A program made the position numbers and the translations under genes. From Podarcis vaucheri (taxonomy: Eukaryota), in the NCBI GenBank assembly GCA_965113315.1, contig OZ220365.1: a stretch of DNA of 64,000 bases. One strand, given 5' to 3'. The notes beneath the pieces are model-generated. The model worked only from the letters and a program-made list of their open reading frames with translations, did not search any database and had not been told where the DNA came from. Below are positions 61,473 through 64,000 of this stretch, in pieces (the stretch's first letter is position 1; the number at the start of each line of letters is the position of its first letter).

Positions 61473-64000
61473 TAAAAATCAGGTTAGGTTTTTCAGTAGT
61501 TATTTGCCACAATAGCTTAAAATGCTCTCTTTTCTCAGATGCAAGGGACAAATGAAAATGTAGCTCAGCAAACTGCAACTCACATTTCTTGAATATGTGA
61601 TGCACAAACCTTCTGTGGCTCTTTAGGCAAAAAATCAAAATCAGCACATTGTTTCTGGAAAGCTAGTTCTGTTGAACAAACACTTAGTAGGGTGATCATG
61701 GTCACCTACACTTAACAGAACACCAGCAACCCTTTTTGCTTTTGAATCATCATAAAGGACAGTCCCTCACAGAGTGTGTTGCAGCAGTCTAGACTTGAAA
61801 TTATGAAAACATAAAGGAGTGTTGCTGGGCTTGAATCTGAGTTGCAGCCATCTCACCAGAGTTACTCTATCAACACAACTTCAGGCTGCCATTCTCCAGG
61901 ACTGCCTTGCAGTAATGCCCTTGTGACACACAAATTGGCCGGGAGGTGATGGGAGTTGGAATCCAACTAGTCAATATACTCTCAACATGATTAAAACCCC
62001 ATTGAAGAAAGTGGCACTGATTTTTGCAGTAAATGTGCATGGGGGTGGGGGGTGGTACAGGGGGATTTCTCCCTTGAAAGCTTTTCCTTTAATTGAATAG
62101 GAATATTGACATAAGGGAAAGTGCAGCTAATAAGAATCTGACTACCTTTAATAGAATCAAGCTGTCACCCCTTTCATAAATTGTCTTTTCTTTTTTCTCC
62201 CGTTGCTTTTTAAGTAATGTAGGCGAAAGTCAGGACTCTGAGACATAAAACAGATACAGCACCAGTCAGCGCATGTGTGACCTATTTCAGCTTCTAAAAA
62301 TGTATTTAATGCCAAAAGCTACATTAGAGAATTGAAACAAAAGCTAACCACGTGCCACATAATAAGGCACTTTTGATTATTCTCGTGTTTAGTCTCAACT
62401 TTCCATCCCCATGATAATTTCATTTGGGAAAAGGGTATTTTAAAGAGCATGCAAATTTGATTGCTAGTTGGATGGGGAAATTGACAAGGAGCCAGGCCCG
62501 TGTGGTCTTCGGAGGAGCAGCGGGGCTGAGTTAATCAAGCAAAGCCCATTAGGAACTGATCCACTGCCACAGATGAGATTTGCTAGCATTCCACACCTGT
62601 AAATCTCAGCTCCTCAGCCTAGCATGAGTGTGATTCTGTTCCCTGCACATTTGTCATAGGAAACTAAATCATTATCATATCACTCAGGGAAACTCACTAG
62701 ACACTTATGATCCACCTCCATTTCTTGCAACAGTTTGAGCAGAAACAACTGATCTCTAACAAACACTTCTGTTTTGCTCCCACCCACCCATGAATGAAGG
62801 GTGGGGAAAGGACTGAAGAATTTCATCAGCTTCTTCTTCCTGAAAAGTAACAAGTCACCAGGAACCATTAGCTCTGCAGGATTAGCTCTCTGCTGGTGGT
62901 GCACTGTAGTTTATATGGTGTGGAATAACTGGGAATTGTGCAGTTACGCATATGATGGATAGTCCTACTTTTGGGGAAGGCATTTGAATAAGATTGACTT
63001 TGTTCCTTACCAACACAGTGTTTTTGATGCTAAAGGGTGCATTAAGGAGGGCCAATCACCAAAGGGACATAGTGTATATTGGATGGGCAGGCCTCAGGCT
63101 TGTGGAATCAACTTTATTTTACACTAGAACCCCAAGATTCACCTAGAGAAGACACTTAGAATCAAATAACATGGTGTTTCCAAGCAGCTACCGGTAAGCC
63201 CAATAATTTGTTCCAAGTACCTGAGTGGAACTGAGCTCACAGTCATTCCAGACATAAATCCACATTTGGTTATTACAGGCTTTATTGATTTTAGCAGTAT
63301 AATTGGTGGGGGGGGGTCATTGCTGCTATTGTTAAACAGCTGGGAGTTAGAAATAATTGTAAATCAACTGCAAGTCACCTAGATCTCTACCAGTAGATCC
63401 AGATCTATTTCTGCTGCCCATACCCAAGTAGCTCAGCTGGATAAACCATATGCTGAAATGTGGTGCATTTCAGCCAACGTAGGGCTCCAATGACCTACGA
63501 GTTTTCTTGGGTCAAGCAGGGGCACCAGCTCATGGGGGCTGAACTGTTTTGGGCCCTCAGAATCCTTTGCATTCAGAGAGCACTTTATTCAGTTTTCCTT
63601 ATGTTTCCTTACCTGATACATTTCCTTGTTTCATGGGATCTTTCACACAATGGAAAAGCCACTTCTGGAAAACTAGCCGCATCTAGCAGAAGTTTAGTGT
63701 TCACTTCTGTGTTCTTTGCATCCAGAAAAAGTCAGTTTGCAACCTGGTTAACTGGGGAAATCATGAGAATTTTGAGCTGTCAGATGACACACTTTGAGGT
63801 AGTAATCCAGCATACAGTTCTTTCTCGCCACTTAAAATTTAGTGCAACGTGATGGTCTATCAATTAAAAAGGGACACAGTTCCCTAATGTACCAGTTAAC
63901 GTAGTATAAAAAGAACGTTAGAATCTAGGATAAACATGTAGCTACCATTATAACCAGGAAAACTCATACTATAATCCGAATGCACCCAAAATGTGACTAA

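Overview
Eukaryotic (vertebrate) genomic DNA; the repeat content (Sauria/Squam1 SINE, Squam3 SINE, squamate-type L1/L2/CR1/RTE, mariner and hAT MITEs) points to a squamate, most likely a lacertid lizard. The + strand carries the last ten coding exons of CEP85L (15910-40701; 1380 nt spliced, 459 aa + stop, all GT-AG and phase-consistent), followed by a probable ~5.8 kb 3'UTR. The large upstream intron (1-15909) holds, on the - strand, what looks like the promoter and non-coding first exon of phospholamban (PLN, ~1569-1740); the PLN coding exon is not in the window. The rest is intronic or intergenic DNA with many transposon remnants. Highlights: a 2.1 kb TSD-flanked L1 derivative with ORF1-like sequence but no reverse transcriptase (59353-61472), a minimal hammerhead ribozyme motif in a Penelope-like remnant (47122-47159, - strand), an inverted pair of hAT elements and a self-nested mariner hairpin in CEP85L intron 10, and several nested insertions. 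Most ORF-track entries are chance or TE-derived ORFs. Gene and repeat identities come from recalled sequences, not database searches; exon numbers are by analogy to human.
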